In this document: positions 19,145 to 28,028 of the stretch, one piece after another
How the letters are laid out: the number at the start of each line of letters is the position of its first letter
Numbering within the stretch: position 1 is the stretch's first letter
Assembly: GCA_965213815.1 (NCBI GenBank)
Contig: OZ243917.1
Location: forward strand, 2,345,747 to 2,409,746
DNA length: 64,000 bases
Source of the DNA: Alphaproteobacteria bacterium
Lineage (GTDB): Bacteria; Pseudomonadota; Alphaproteobacteria; SP197
Direction: 5' to 3'
The notes under the pieces: generated by a model
Database searches by the model: none
Seen by the model: only the letters and a program-made list of their open reading frames with translations
Told to the model about the DNA's origin: nothing
Position numbers and translations under genes: made by a program

Positions 19145-19828
19145 TCAGACAGGTGCGTCGGCCGCCTCGAGATAGGATTCGTAAAGGTCAACGTTGACGA
19201 CATCTGACAGGGGTGCATTCGCACCCCACAGTTCACGGGCCCTGAACGCCACCGTGTAGCAATGTTCGGGACACTCCCCGAGATCACGGGCATGGGTATC
19301 GGGATAGACGAAGACACCATGGTCGCTGACGATCTCCCCTCTGCGCCCCCTCGTGTAGCGCGGTGCGCGCGTATGGTGGCAGGGGTGTTCATTGAGCACC
19401 CGGACCTGGTCGCCGGGTCCAAATCGCGGGGATGTTCCGGCACCATCGCGCCGTGTCGATGCGCCCCGCGCCACCGCCTCCTCGATGTCATCGAGAGTGG
19501 CGCCCCGGCCGCCACCGGGACGCGTCGGCGACGCCATGTGCGCCATGGATGCTTCGATGGCCTCCGCCTGGAGGAGTCCCCGTTCGGCGAGAAAGGACTC
19601 AAGTGCACGGGTCCATCTCTCGTAATAGCTCGCCTGGAGGTAGGTGAGAGGCGCAATGCGCTCGATGTGAGCGCGCAGGTGGTCATCGGATAATCCGACA
19701 TGCCCCGACACCTGCAGGAGCAGTCCGAAGGCCAACTTCTCCCAATCCTCGTGAAAGAGAGGCTCGTCTTCCTCGCGCTCGACGGCACCGAAACCCATCA
19801 TGCCGCCCATGTCGTGAATGCCATCCAT
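19145..19828 (-). CDS. nthB: Nitrile hydratase beta subunit
   Basis: 227 aa; the N-terminus MDGIHDMGGMMGFG...DEPLFHEDWE... is the canonical NHase beta start. Confidence 0.8.
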   Translation of the reverse strand: MDGIHDMGGMMGFGAVEREEDEPLFHEDWEKLAFGLLLQVSGHVGLSDDHLRAHIERIAPLTYLQASYYERWTRALESFLAERGLLQAEAIEASMAHMASPTRPGGGRGATLDDIEEAVARGASTRRDGAGTSPRFGPGDQVRVLNEHPCHHTRAPRYTRGRRGEIVSDHGVFVYPDTHARDLGECPEHCYTVAFRARELWGANAPLSDVVNVDLYESYLEAADAPV

Positions 19829-19838
19829 GACGCCTCCG

Positions 19839-20435
19839 TCACACTCTGGCCACGCCGATCATGCCATCGCGAGTCACGAGGCCGGCAAGCTCTTCACGGG
19901 AGAGTCCGTCGCTCCCTGCGGGACATTGCGGCAGGACCATGTAGCGCAGGTCCGCACTGGAATCCCAGACGCGGATCTCGACATCGTCCGCCACCTCGCA
20001 TCCCATCTCGGCCAGCACGGCCCGCGGCTCGCGCACGACACGGGCCCGGTAGGGCTCGCTCTTGTACCAGCGCGGAGGCAGGCCGAGTACGGGCCACGGA
20101 TAGCACGAACACAGGGTACACACGACCACATTGTGGACCCCGGGCGAGTTCTCGACGACCACCATGCTCTCGCCCTGCATGCCCGATATGCCGAGCCCCG
20201 CCATGGCTTCGGAGGCGTTGGCAAGAAGGCGTTCACGGAAGGCTGCGTCACGCCACGCCTCGGCCACCACCCTGGCGCCGTGGTGCGGGCCAACCCTGGT
20301 CTCGTAGAGCTCGACGAGACGATCGATGGTGTCGGGATCGCAATAGCCCTTGTCCGTCAGCAGTTGCTCAAGGGCGGCGACGCGCAGGGCCATGGCCGAA
20401 GGGGGCTGATGATGATGCTGTGACATCTCCCTCAC
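19839..20435 (-). CDS. nthA: Nitrile hydratase alpha subunit, cobalt-type
   Basis: 198 aa; metal-binding claw [10 protein letters not shown] (Thr/Tyr variant is characteristic of Co-type; Fe-type is VCSLCSCTAW). It lies 10 bp upstream of the beta-subunit gene. Confidence 0.85.
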   Translation of the reverse strand: MREMSQHHHQPPSAMALRVAALEQLLTDKGYCDPDTIDRLVELYETRVGPHHGARVVAEAWRDAAFRERLLANASEAMAGLGISGMQGESMVVVENSPGVHNVVVCTLCSCYPWPVLGLPPRWYKSEPYRARVVREPRAVLAEMGCEVADDVEIRVWDSSADLRYMVLPQCPAGSDGLSREELAGLVTRDGMIGVARV

Positions 20436-21153
20436 TCAGGGCAGGCTGGATCCGGCGATTATTCCCACCCCGGCCACCCGGCGTCAACCGAAGGGTCTGT
20501 CGGGTAGTGTCCCAATTTCGCTGAAACACCGCCAGGATCCGCGTTTCATGTTCCGGGGTGAGCGCAAGCGCTCACGGATGCTTGACTTACGGGCCTCCCG
20601 CCCGTCCCGGGCTTCGGACCTGGCTTGTTCGGCTTCGGCGCCCGCGCGTCGATGAGGCCGACGATCCATTCCATGTCATGCAGCGTATCGGGGACGCCAG
20701 CCGCCACGGCCGGTGTCATGCGAAGGGTCTTGTGCACCCGCACGAAGTTGTAGTGCAGTGTACGAAGTGGAGCGACATCATGTGCAGATGGTTCTCGATT
20801 TTCTTCGAGAACGCATTGGTGAGCTGAGTGAAGCGGCGCATACCCATGCGCATGGAGAGGTCGCCACGCTCGACGCAGGACTTGCTGATGTGTGCTGGGC
20901 CCGGCCTGCCTTCAACGCATGGCCGCTCCCAAATGCGCACTGGCTTGGTCCAGTTTGCATTGACCCGACCGAGGACACAGCATACATTTGGACTATGACG
21001 AATCTCCAGATCCAATCCGTTCGCAGTCCATTCGACAACCCGAGGCTCGCCTCCGTGGCGATCGAGACACTAACGCGTGCCGATGCGATGGGTCTGCTCT
21101 TGCGTCCCGTCACCTGCCTGGACTATTCCGCAATTCAGGGGCTTGAAACGGGC

Positions 21154-21615
21154 ATGGCCGAAGCCGGTATCGGCCGCAGGTTCCTTGCCGAACTTCACCG
21201 GATGCCTTGCTCCGATGCCGCACGGCTTTCCACACTCCTGGAAAAGATCAACGAGGCCTTCGACCAGTCCCCGGCCCCCGCGCACGAATGGTGCGCCCTG
21301 GAGAGCGTCCTGGGAGTGGAGATGCTGACCCGCCTCCTCGGCATTTCCCGGTCGAGTGCGCGGCGCTACATTTCCGGTGACCGCTCCACCCCGGACGCGA
21401 TCGCCGCCCGGCTCCACTTTCTCGCCTTCGTGGCAGGGGACCTTGGCGGCGCATACAATGATATTGGAGTGCGGCGCTGGTTTGATCGGCCTCGCGAACG
21501 GCTCGGCGGCGATACGCCCTCGCAGGCGCTCGGCGACGCGTGGTCGCCAGAAGAAGATGGCCCGCGAAGGGTCCGGGATCTCGCCCGAGCATTGGCGTCG
21601 TCGCCTGCGACATGA
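21154..21615 (+). CDS. Xre-family antitoxin with DUF2384 (MbcA/ParS-like) toxin-binding domain
   Basis: The C-terminal ~150 aa of ORF 20713..21615 carry an HTH-like segment and a DUF2384-like tail (...ARLHFLAFVAGDLGGAYNDIGVRRWFDRPRERLGGDTPSQAL...). Its stop overlaps the RES-toxin ATG (ATGA). The start is uncertain: ATG 21154 is chosen, 21088 and 20713 are alternatives. Confidence 0.6.
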   Translation: MAEAGIGRRFLAELHRMPCSDAARLSTLLEKINEAFDQSPAPAHEWCALESVLGVEMLTRLLGISRSSARRYISGDRSTPDAIAARLHFLAFVAGDLGGAYNDIGVRRWFDRPRERLGGDTPSQALGDAWSPEEDGPRRVRDLARALASSPAT

Positions 21616-22151
21616 TAGTCTATCGCCATGTTGATCCCCGCTTTCCCTTTCTGCGGGAGGATTCGTCGCAATACGCCGGCCGGTGGAATGCGCCGGGCGA
21701 GCTGACCCACTACTTCTGCGACACGCCGGACGGCGCCTGGGCGGAGTTTCTTCGACACGAGGAGATCCGCGACCCGCAGGATCTCGCCACCGTGCGCCGG
21801 GGCCTCTGGGCGGTCGACATCGGTGAAATCCCGTCGCATCGACCAGACCTGCCTCGCGAAACACTGATCGGTGGACCGGAAACCTGGCCGGCATGCCAGC
21901 AGGCTGCCCGGCGGCATCGCGAACATGCCGATGGTCTCGCCGCGCCTTCGGCGGCGCTGAAGTCCGGCGCGGCTCACGGATACCGAGTGGACGGCGGCCT
22001 CCAACCCGGTCCCGACCGGGACGGACGGGTCATCGCGCTGTTCGGAAGGCGCTCGGACGTCATCGGCTGGGCCGCGACCGTCGACGGCCGTCCCGGCCCG
22101 GAATTGCTGCCGAAGGTCCGGCATTTCCAACCGGACGAGCCCGGCCACTAA
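21612..22151 (+). CDS. RES-domain toxin (NAD+-targeting RES family)
   Basis: 179 aa starting MIVYRHVDPRF...YAGRWN...; spacing of conserved R/E/S/Y positions fits the RES domain. It is translationally coupled to the upstream Xre/DUF2384 gene. Confidence 0.7.
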   Translation: MIVYRHVDPRFPFLREDSSQYAGRWNAPGELTHYFCDTPDGAWAEFLRHEEIRDPQDLATVRRGLWAVDIGEIPSHRPDLPRETLIGGPETWPACQQAARRHREHADGLAAPSAALKSGAAHGYRVDGGLQPGPDRDGRVIALFGRRSDVIGWAATVDGRPGPELLPKVRHFQPDEPGH

Positions 22152-22300
22152 CGCTCACCCGCATTCACGCCGACTGGTCGTTGGTCAGCGCCCTTGAACA
22201 CGACTGCGCCCCTACGACGGGCATGATCTCCACTCAAGGTGCGGCCTCGAGATCGTTGTCGATGCTGTCGCGGAGACCTTCACGGTATCGCGGGCAAGAT

Positions 22301-22314
22301 GGGGGGGGGGGGGG
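22301..22314. repeat. G14 homopolymer tract
   Basis: Read directly: ...gcaagat(g)14aaagcg... It lies in the 336-bp convergent intergenic region between the RES toxin gene and the parC stop. Confidence 0.9.
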
Positions 22315-22487
22315 AAAGCGCCCCTCCACCACCCCAACGGATGAATGCGAGACAATCTGTCCCACTCCCTACGAAACAGTGTGGGATAATCCTGTCGATA
22401 CAATCAGGAATCCAACAGGTTGGAATCCCGACGGAAGGGCCAGGACGAAACATGGATTCTCAACGAGTTGGTGACAATGCAGAGGTC

Positions 22488-24710
22488 TCAACTGAAGCGG
22501 TTGTTCCGCGAAAGACCGGGGGGCGCCGGTTGACCGGCCTGGCCGCGCTTGCCGAGCCATGGTGCAAGGTCTTGCTGTGTCCGCGTGCGGGTGCCCGATT
22601 GCCAGGCAAGACCGGCATCGAGCGCAAAGACAGTCGCATCCGAGAGTCCACCCTCCCGGTAGCGCTGCAGGATGACGCCCGAGCCCCTGGCCTGTTCCGG
22701 CACATCCTGCAACGGGAACACGAGCAACCTGCCGTTCTCGCCAACGACAGCCACGTGGTCTCCCTCGACAACCCTGAGCACCATGGCCTCGTCACCTGCT
22801 GCAGGCGACAACACCTGCTTTCCTCCCCTTTTGCGGGACTCCACGAGATCCTCGCCAACCACAAACCCCTTGCCACCGGAGGACGCCACGAGGAACTTGC
22901 GCCCCCCCTTGAAGACCATCATGGCGGCCACATCGACATCGTTGCCCATGTCGAGCATGAGGCGCAGCGGGTCGCCGAACCCCCTGGCCGCCGGCAGTCC
23001 GTCGCAGGCCAGGGTGAAGAACTTGCCGTCGGTGGCGAGAACCAGCAGCCTGTCAGTCGTCCAAGCATCGAGACGCAACCTCTCGCGATCGCCCTCCTTG
23101 AAGCGCAGATCGCCCACCTGCTCGCCATGGCCCCTGGCGGCGCGGATCCAGCCCTTGTCGGAGAGCACCACCGTGATGGCCTCGCGGTGCACCGTGGCGT
23201 CGACCGGGATGGCGTCCACCGGCGGCGGGCTGCCGAAAGCGGTGCGCCGCCTGCCCAATGCGCTCTCCTCCCCGAACTGCCGGGAGATGTCCGCAAACTC
23301 GGCCTTCAGCGCCTTCTTCTGCCTGCTGTCGGAGTCCAGAAGGCGCCGCAGGTCGTCCGACTCCGCGGTCAGCTCTGCCATCTCGTCGGCAATTCTCATC
23401 TCCTCGAGACGGCGCAGTGAACGCAGGCGCATGTTGAGTATGGCCTCCGTCTGTACATCGCTGAGAGAAAAGCGCCGGGCCAGCGCCGCGGCCGGGTCGT
23501 CCTCGTCGCGGATGATGCGGATCACCTCGTCGAGATTGAGATAGACAACACGATGCCCCTCAAGGATCTCCAGGCGGCGGTCTATGGCGGCAAGACGGTT
23601 GCGCGACCGGCGCACCAGAACGGTGCGCCGGTGATCGATGAAGGCGTTCAGCACGCCGTTGAGATCCATGACCCTGGGGATGCCGGAGGCATCGAGCACG
23701 TTCATGTTGAGCGAGAAACGCGATTCCAGGTCCGTGACGCGAAACAGGGACTCCATGAGGATGGTGGGATCCACGGAACGGTTCTTCGGCTGCAGCACGA
23801 GACGGATGTCTTCGGTCGATTCGTCGCTCACGCCCTCGAGCAACGGCAGTTTGCGGGCCTCGACGAGTTCGGCAATGCGTTCGACCAGGCGCGATTTCTG
23901 GACCTGGAACGGCATCTCGGTGACGACGATCCGCCAGGTGCCCCGGGCCTGTTTCTCGATGTTCCAGCGCGCCCTGATGCGAAACGATCCTCTCCCCGTT
24001 TCGTAGGCCGCGCGGATGGTGGCGGGATCGTCGATGAGTTCGCCACCGGTGGGAAAATCCGGCCCCTTCACGATGGCCACAAGATCGCCAACCGGGGCGC
24101 GGGGCGTCTCCACAAGGTGGATCAGCGCCGCGCACAGTTCCGCGACGTTGTGCGGCGGGATACTCGTCGCCATGCCCACGGCAATGCCGCTGGCGCCGTT
24201 GGCCAGAAGATTGGGGAAGCGCGATGGCAGCACCACCGGTTCCGATTCCGAGCCGTCGTAGGTGTCGCGAAAATCGACGACATCGTCGTCGAGTCCGTCG
24301 AGCAGGGCCACCGCCACCGCGGTCAGGCGCGCCTCGGTGTAGCGCATGGCCGCGGCATTGTCGCCATCGACATTGCCGAAGTTGCCCTGGCCGTCGACCA
24401 GCGGGTAGCGCGCCGCAAAGTCCTGGGCGAGACGCACGAGAGCGTCGTAAATGGCCTGATCGCCATGGGGGTGGTACTTGCCGATGACGTCGCCCACCAC
24501 GCGCGCCGACTTCTTGAACCCCTCCTTAGGGTCGAGGCGAAGCTGCCGCATGGCATAGAGAATCCGGCGATGGACCGGTTTGAGACCATCCCTCACGTCC
24601 GGCAACGAACGCGACGTGATGGTCGACATCGCGTAGGCAAGATAGCGTTGCGTGAGCGCATCGGCCAGACCGACGGTCTCGATGACGCCGTCATGTACAC
24701 TCTCGGTCAT
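22488..24710 (-). CDS. parC: DNA topoisomerase IV subunit A
   Basis: 740 aa; N-terminal type-IIA topoisomerase A-subunit core (...[21 protein letters not shown]..., ...GKYHPHGD..., catalytic-Tyr region [10 protein letters not shown]). The length is of the ParC class (about 750 aa) rather than GyrA (about 850-900 aa). Confidence 0.75.
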   Translation of the reverse strand: MTESVHDGVIETVGLADALTQRYLAYAMSTITSRSLPDVRDGLKPVHRRILYAMRQLRLDPKEGFKKSARVVGDVIGKYHPHGDQAIYDALVRLAQDFAARYPLVDGQGNFGNVDGDNAAAMRYTEARLTAVAVALLDGLDDDVVDFRDTYDGSESEPVVLPSRFPNLLANGASGIAVGMATSIPPHNVAELCAALIHLVETPRAPVGDLVAIVKGPDFPTGGELIDDPATIRAAYETGRGSFRIRARWNIEKQARGTWRIVVTEMPFQVQKSRLVERIAELVEARKLPLLEGVSDESTEDIRLVLQPKNRSVDPTILMESLFRVTDLESRFSLNMNVLDASGIPRVMDLNGVLNAFIDHRRTVLVRRSRNRLAAIDRRLEILEGHRVVYLNLDEVIRIIRDEDDPAAALARRFSLSDVQTEAILNMRLRSLRRLEEMRIADEMAELTAESDDLRRLLDSDSRQKKALKAEFADISRQFGEESALGRRRTAFGSPPPVDAIPVDATVHREAITVVLSDKGWIRAARGHGEQVGDLRFKEGDRERLRLDAWTTDRLLVLATDGKFFTLACDGLPAARGFGDPLRLMLDMGNDVDVAAMMVFKGGRKFLVASSGGKGFVVGEDLVESRKRGGKQVLSPAAGDEAMVLRVVEGDHVAVVGENGRLLVFPLQDVPEQARGSGVILQRYREGGLSDATVFALDAGLAWQSGTRTRTQQDLAPWLGKRGQAGQPAPPGLSRNNRFS

Positions 24711-25460
24711 GAGTTCTGCATACCGCTACATGTGGTGGATTGTCCAGACAGCAGGTCCACAAGGCGTTGTCGGGCCGGTGGCAGTCCGGTTCTTTCCCCG
24801 GCCACGACATGACGCTCGAGAAAGTGCCCGGTCAACCTGAGGCCGGCGAGAACGTCGACCGGCCGGACGCCTTGCGCTCCGATCAGGAATCCTGGCAGAT
24901 CGAGGAGCTTTTTCTGCCATGGCGCTCCAGCTTGTGCCGAGACGGCGCGGCCGCTGCGCGGCGACACCCAGATGAGTTCCTCGGTGGATCCGGTCAGCGC
25001 ACAGTGCGTGAGATCGAGTCCGTATCCGAGAACGTCCAGCAGGCCGAGTTCCCATCTGACATAGGCTGCGTCCCAGTGACTGGCGCCCAGCCGCAACTGC
25101 CCCACCAGCATCTCGGTGGCGGTGAAGAGTGCTTCGCAGGCAAGGCGATCTGCGAGTGTCCTTTCGGCAAGGGCACAGGCGCTGGCAAGGCAGGCAAGAC
25201 GCAATGGATCCTCGAGGAGTGCCGATGCCACGGCGGCCTCGGGTTCGATGACAAGGGTTCCGAGATGATCGGGCAATCGGGCCTGCCACCGCGCGGCGAC
25301 AATGTTGCCGGTCTGCAGCACTCCGGCATGACGGCGGCTGCGCCCACCGCGCACGAGGCCCGCATGACGTCCGTGACCGGCCGTCAACAACGTGGCGATC
25401 ACGGAGGTCTCGCCATGCGGGCGCACACCCAGGACAATGGCGCGGTCGTGCCATTCCATC
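24707..25460 (-). CDS. recO: DNA repair protein RecO
   Basis: The 3' ~250 aa of ORF 24707..25714 from [19 protein letters not shown]... form an RecO N-terminal OB-fold plus C-terminal domain. The ATG at 25460 lies 4 bp after the era stop, and the recO stop overlaps the parC start. Confidence 0.8.
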
Positions 25461-25464
25461 GCCG

Positions 25465-26361
25465 TCAGCCCGGAAACTCGAGTCCGATCTCGCGGTATCG
25501 CGCCGGATCGTCGAGCCAGCCGGTCCGCACCTTGACGTGGAGAAAGAGATGCACCCTGCACTCCAGCAGTGTCTCGAGTTCCCGGCGCGCCGCCTTGCCG
25601 ACATCGCGAATGGTGCGGCCGTTCCTGCCCAGCACGATGGGCTTGTGGCCGCGCCGGGCAACATAGATCACCTGATCGATCCTGACCGCCTCCTCGTCGG
25701 GAATGTCGGTCCACAGTTCGGTCTCGACCGAGAGTTCATAGGGCAGTTCCTGATGGACTCTGACAAAGAGCTTTTCGCGGGTGATTTCGGCGGCAAGACG
25801 GGGGAGAGGCTGATCGCTCAGGCGATCGCTCTGAAACAACCATGGCCGGACCGGCAACCGTTGCCCGAGCGCTGCGACGACGTCACCGACGCCGTCGCCG
25901 TTCAGCGCCGAAATGTAGAAGATCTCCTCGACCACCTCATGCCTGCCGATGCCTTTGGCAAGGGGCAGCAGAGCGTCGCGCCCCACCAGGTCGATCTTGT
26001 TGATGGCGCACAGCACATTCGGGTGCCGGGCCAGACGGGAGAGGATGGCCGAGGCGGCCTCGTCAAGGCCGCGCCGGGCATCGATCACCAGGAGTGTGGC
26101 GTCGGCGCCCACGGCGCCGTTCCACGCTGTCTGGACCAGGGCACGCTCCAGGCGTTTCCTTGGCTCGAAGATGCCCGGTGTGTCGACCAGAACGATCTGC
26201 GTGCGACCGGCGGTACAGATGCCGGTGACGCGTCCCCGGGTGGTCTGCACCTTGTGGGTGACGATCGACACCTTGGCCCCGACCAGCGTGTTGACGAGGG
26301 TCGACTTTCCGGCGTTCGGTGCTCCGAGAATGGCGACATGGCCGCACCGCTCGGCTGTCAC
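25465..26361 (-). CDS. era: GTPase Era
   Basis: G1 motif GAPNAGKST, DTPG, NKIDL, and a C-terminal KH domain (...VRIDQVIYVARRGHKPIVLGRNGRTIRDVG...). A probable GTG start at 26361 overlaps the rnc stop (GTGA). Confidence 0.85.
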   Translation of the reverse strand: MTAERCGHVAILGAPNAGKSTLVNTLVGAKVSIVTHKVQTTRGRVTGICTAGRTQIVLVDTPGIFEPRKRLERALVQTAWNGAVGADATLLVIDARRGLDEAASAILSRLARHPNVLCAINKIDLVGRDALLPLAKGIGRHEVVEEIFYISALNGDGVGDVVAALGQRLPVRPWLFQSDRLSDQPLPRLAAEITREKLFVRVHQELPYELSVETELWTDIPDEEAVRIDQVIYVARRGHKPIVLGRNGRTIRDVGKAARRELETLLECRVHLFLHVKVRTGWLDDPARYREIGLEFPG

Positions 26362-27035
26362 CGCGGCGCCTCCATCAGGAAGTTGCGGGCAGCGAGCTGC
26401 TCGGCCGCACGCCGGCTGGTCCCGCACGCCCGGATGCCGGCAAAGCCCTCGACGAGAACTTCCACGGTCATGAGCGGCGCGTGGTCCGGGCCAGTCATCT
26501 CGAGCAGGCGGTATTCGGGAAGCGCCAGACCCTGCTTGAGCGCCCATTCCTGGAGACGGGTCTTGTCGTCGCGTCCGTCGCCGTCCTCCAGGCGCAGGCG
26601 TGTCTGCCAGCAGCGGCGGATGAAGGCCTCCGCGGCGCCATGCCCGGCATCGAGGTAGAGGGCGCCGATCAGGGCCTCGACGACGTCCGCCAGAATCGAG
26701 ATATTGCGCCGCATCCCGCCTCTTTTCTCGTGCGGGCCCACCACGACGAAACGGTCAATCTCCAGTTCCAGGGCAATGTCGCCCAGGGTTCGGTTGGCGA
26801 CCAGCCTCGCATAGCGCCTCGAGAGCTCCCCTTCGGGCGCCTCGGCGTGCTCGTGGAAGACCATGGCGGCAACGACGGCCCCCAGAATGTGATCGCCCAG
26901 AAACTCGAGGCGTTGATAGCCGTGACTGTCAGTGGCGCAGGGCGCACTGCGATGGGTCACGGCCCGTTTCATGAGACTCCTGTCGGCGAAGACATGCCCG
27001 AGGATGGCCTCGAGTTCGCCAGATCCGGCACTCAT
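26358..27035 (-). CDS. rnc: Ribonuclease III
   Basis: The RNase III signature ...YQRLEFLGDHILGAVVA... and a C-terminal dsRBD (...TRLQEWALKQGLALPEYRLLEMTGPDHAP...). ATG at 27035 overlaps the lepB stop (ATGA). Confidence 0.85.
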   Translation of the reverse strand: MSAGSGELEAILGHVFADRSLMKRAVTHRSAPCATDSHGYQRLEFLGDHILGAVVAAMVFHEHAEAPEGELSRRYARLVANRTLGDIALELEIDRFVVVGPHEKRGGMRRNISILADVVEALIGALYLDAGHGAAEAFIRRCWQTRLRLEDGDGRDDKTRLQEWALKQGLALPEYRLLEMTGPDHAPLMTVEVLVEGFAGIRACGTSRRAAEQLAARNFLMEAPR

Positions 27036-27925
27036 GAAATCGACCGGAACAGGCGGTCCCAGCGAATCGATGCCGGCCACGACAGGGGATTGAAGAGCGA
27101 GCCGCAGCCATCCGTGGAAAAGAAAAGGAACTCGGCGCGGCCGATAAGGTTCTCCCTTGGCACGAATCCGACAAGCTGCGTGACCCGGCTGTCGTTCGAA
27201 CTGTCGCGGTTGTCCCCCATCATGAAGAAGTGGTCGGGCGGCACCACGTATTCCGGCGTGTTGTCGAGCCTGCCGCTGTCGGTGATGTTGAGCACGCTGT
27301 GGCGCGCCCCGTTCGGCAGGATCTCGGTCTGGCGCTCGATGGCCCTTGACGAGGAACACGACCGGTCCTCGAAGCGGGTGTCCTCCTCCAGAGTCACCGC
27401 CATGCCGTTGACGTGGAGGACGCCGTCGGACATGCGGATGCGATCGCCTGGAAGGCCCACGAGCCGCTTGATGAAGTCCACTGAGGTGTCGGTCGGCTGG
27501 CGGAACACGATGACATCGCCGCGCTCGGGCTCGCCTTCGAACAGACGCTCGTCGAGGAGACCGAGGTCGGTGCCGAATCCCAGGGAATAGTCGCTGTAGC
27601 CGTAGGAAAACTTCGAGACAAACAGGTAATCCCCGACCAGCAGGGTGGGTTTCATGGAGCCGGAGGGGATGTTGAAGGGTTCGTAGGCGAGGGTGCGCAC
27701 GGCCAGGGCGATGATGACCGCATAGACCATGGTCTTGACGGTACCGACCATCCCCTCATCACCCCTCAGACCGGCGGGGAGCAGGCGTTCGACGGGGCTG
27801 AACACCACCTTCAGGAGCCACTCCAGCGGCCGCAGCAGGAGGCCCAGCAGACTGAACGGCAACAGCAGCACGGCCAGCACGACCTGCAGCGCGGACCAGG
27901 AGTCCTCACCGGTCAGCCGGGTCAT
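27032..27925 (-). CDS. lepB: Signal peptidase I
   Basis: ...IPSGSMKPTLLVGDYLFVSKFSYGY... (catalytic Ser box), ...VFRQPTD..., ...YFMMGDNRDSSNDSR... are the SPase I boxes B-E. The start is taken at ATG 27925 (MTRLTG...). Confidence 0.8.
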   Translation of the reverse strand: MTRLTGEDSWSALQVVLAVLLLPFSLLGLLLRPLEWLLKVVFSPVERLLPAGLRGDEGMVGTVKTMVYAVIIALAVRTLAYEPFNIPSGSMKPTLLVGDYLFVSKFSYGYSDYSLGFGTDLGLLDERLFEGEPERGDVIVFRQPTDTSVDFIKRLVGLPGDRIRMSDGVLHVNGMAVTLEEDTRFEDRSCSSSRAIERQTEILPNGARHSVLNITDSGRLDNTPEYVVPPDHFFMMGDNRDSSNDSRVTQLVGFVPRENLIGRAEFLFFSTDGCGSLFNPLSWPASIRWDRLFRSIS

Positions 27926-28028
27926 GACGAGTCGCAGCGCGGCCTTCACCGTCTGCGCTCCCCGGCGATGATGGTGGTCCGCCGGCCGGCGCGGAATGGA
28001 ATTGCCTGTCGCACTGGTCCTCTTCCTC

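Noticed and set aside
19839-20435. Alternative identity of the alpha/beta pair as thiocyanate hydrolase
   Set aside because: SCNase has three subunits (the beta-like function is split into two small proteins). Here there is a single 227-aa beta with the canonical NHase N-terminus and a single alpha, so a two-subunit nitrile hydratase is the better fit.
19818-20524. Plus-strand ORFs 19700..20524 (274 aa) and 19818..20423 (201 aa) over the nitrile hydratase genes
   Set aside because: They are antisense to nthA/nthB, which have unmistakable family motifs. They are Arg/Pro/Gly-rich with no signatures.
22239-23420. 393-aa plus-strand ORF and other ORFs (22672..23544, 23553..24812) opposite parC
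   Set aside because: They lie antisense to a well-supported type-II topoisomerase A-subunit gene, and their composition is Arg/Gly/Pro/His-rich without domain signatures.
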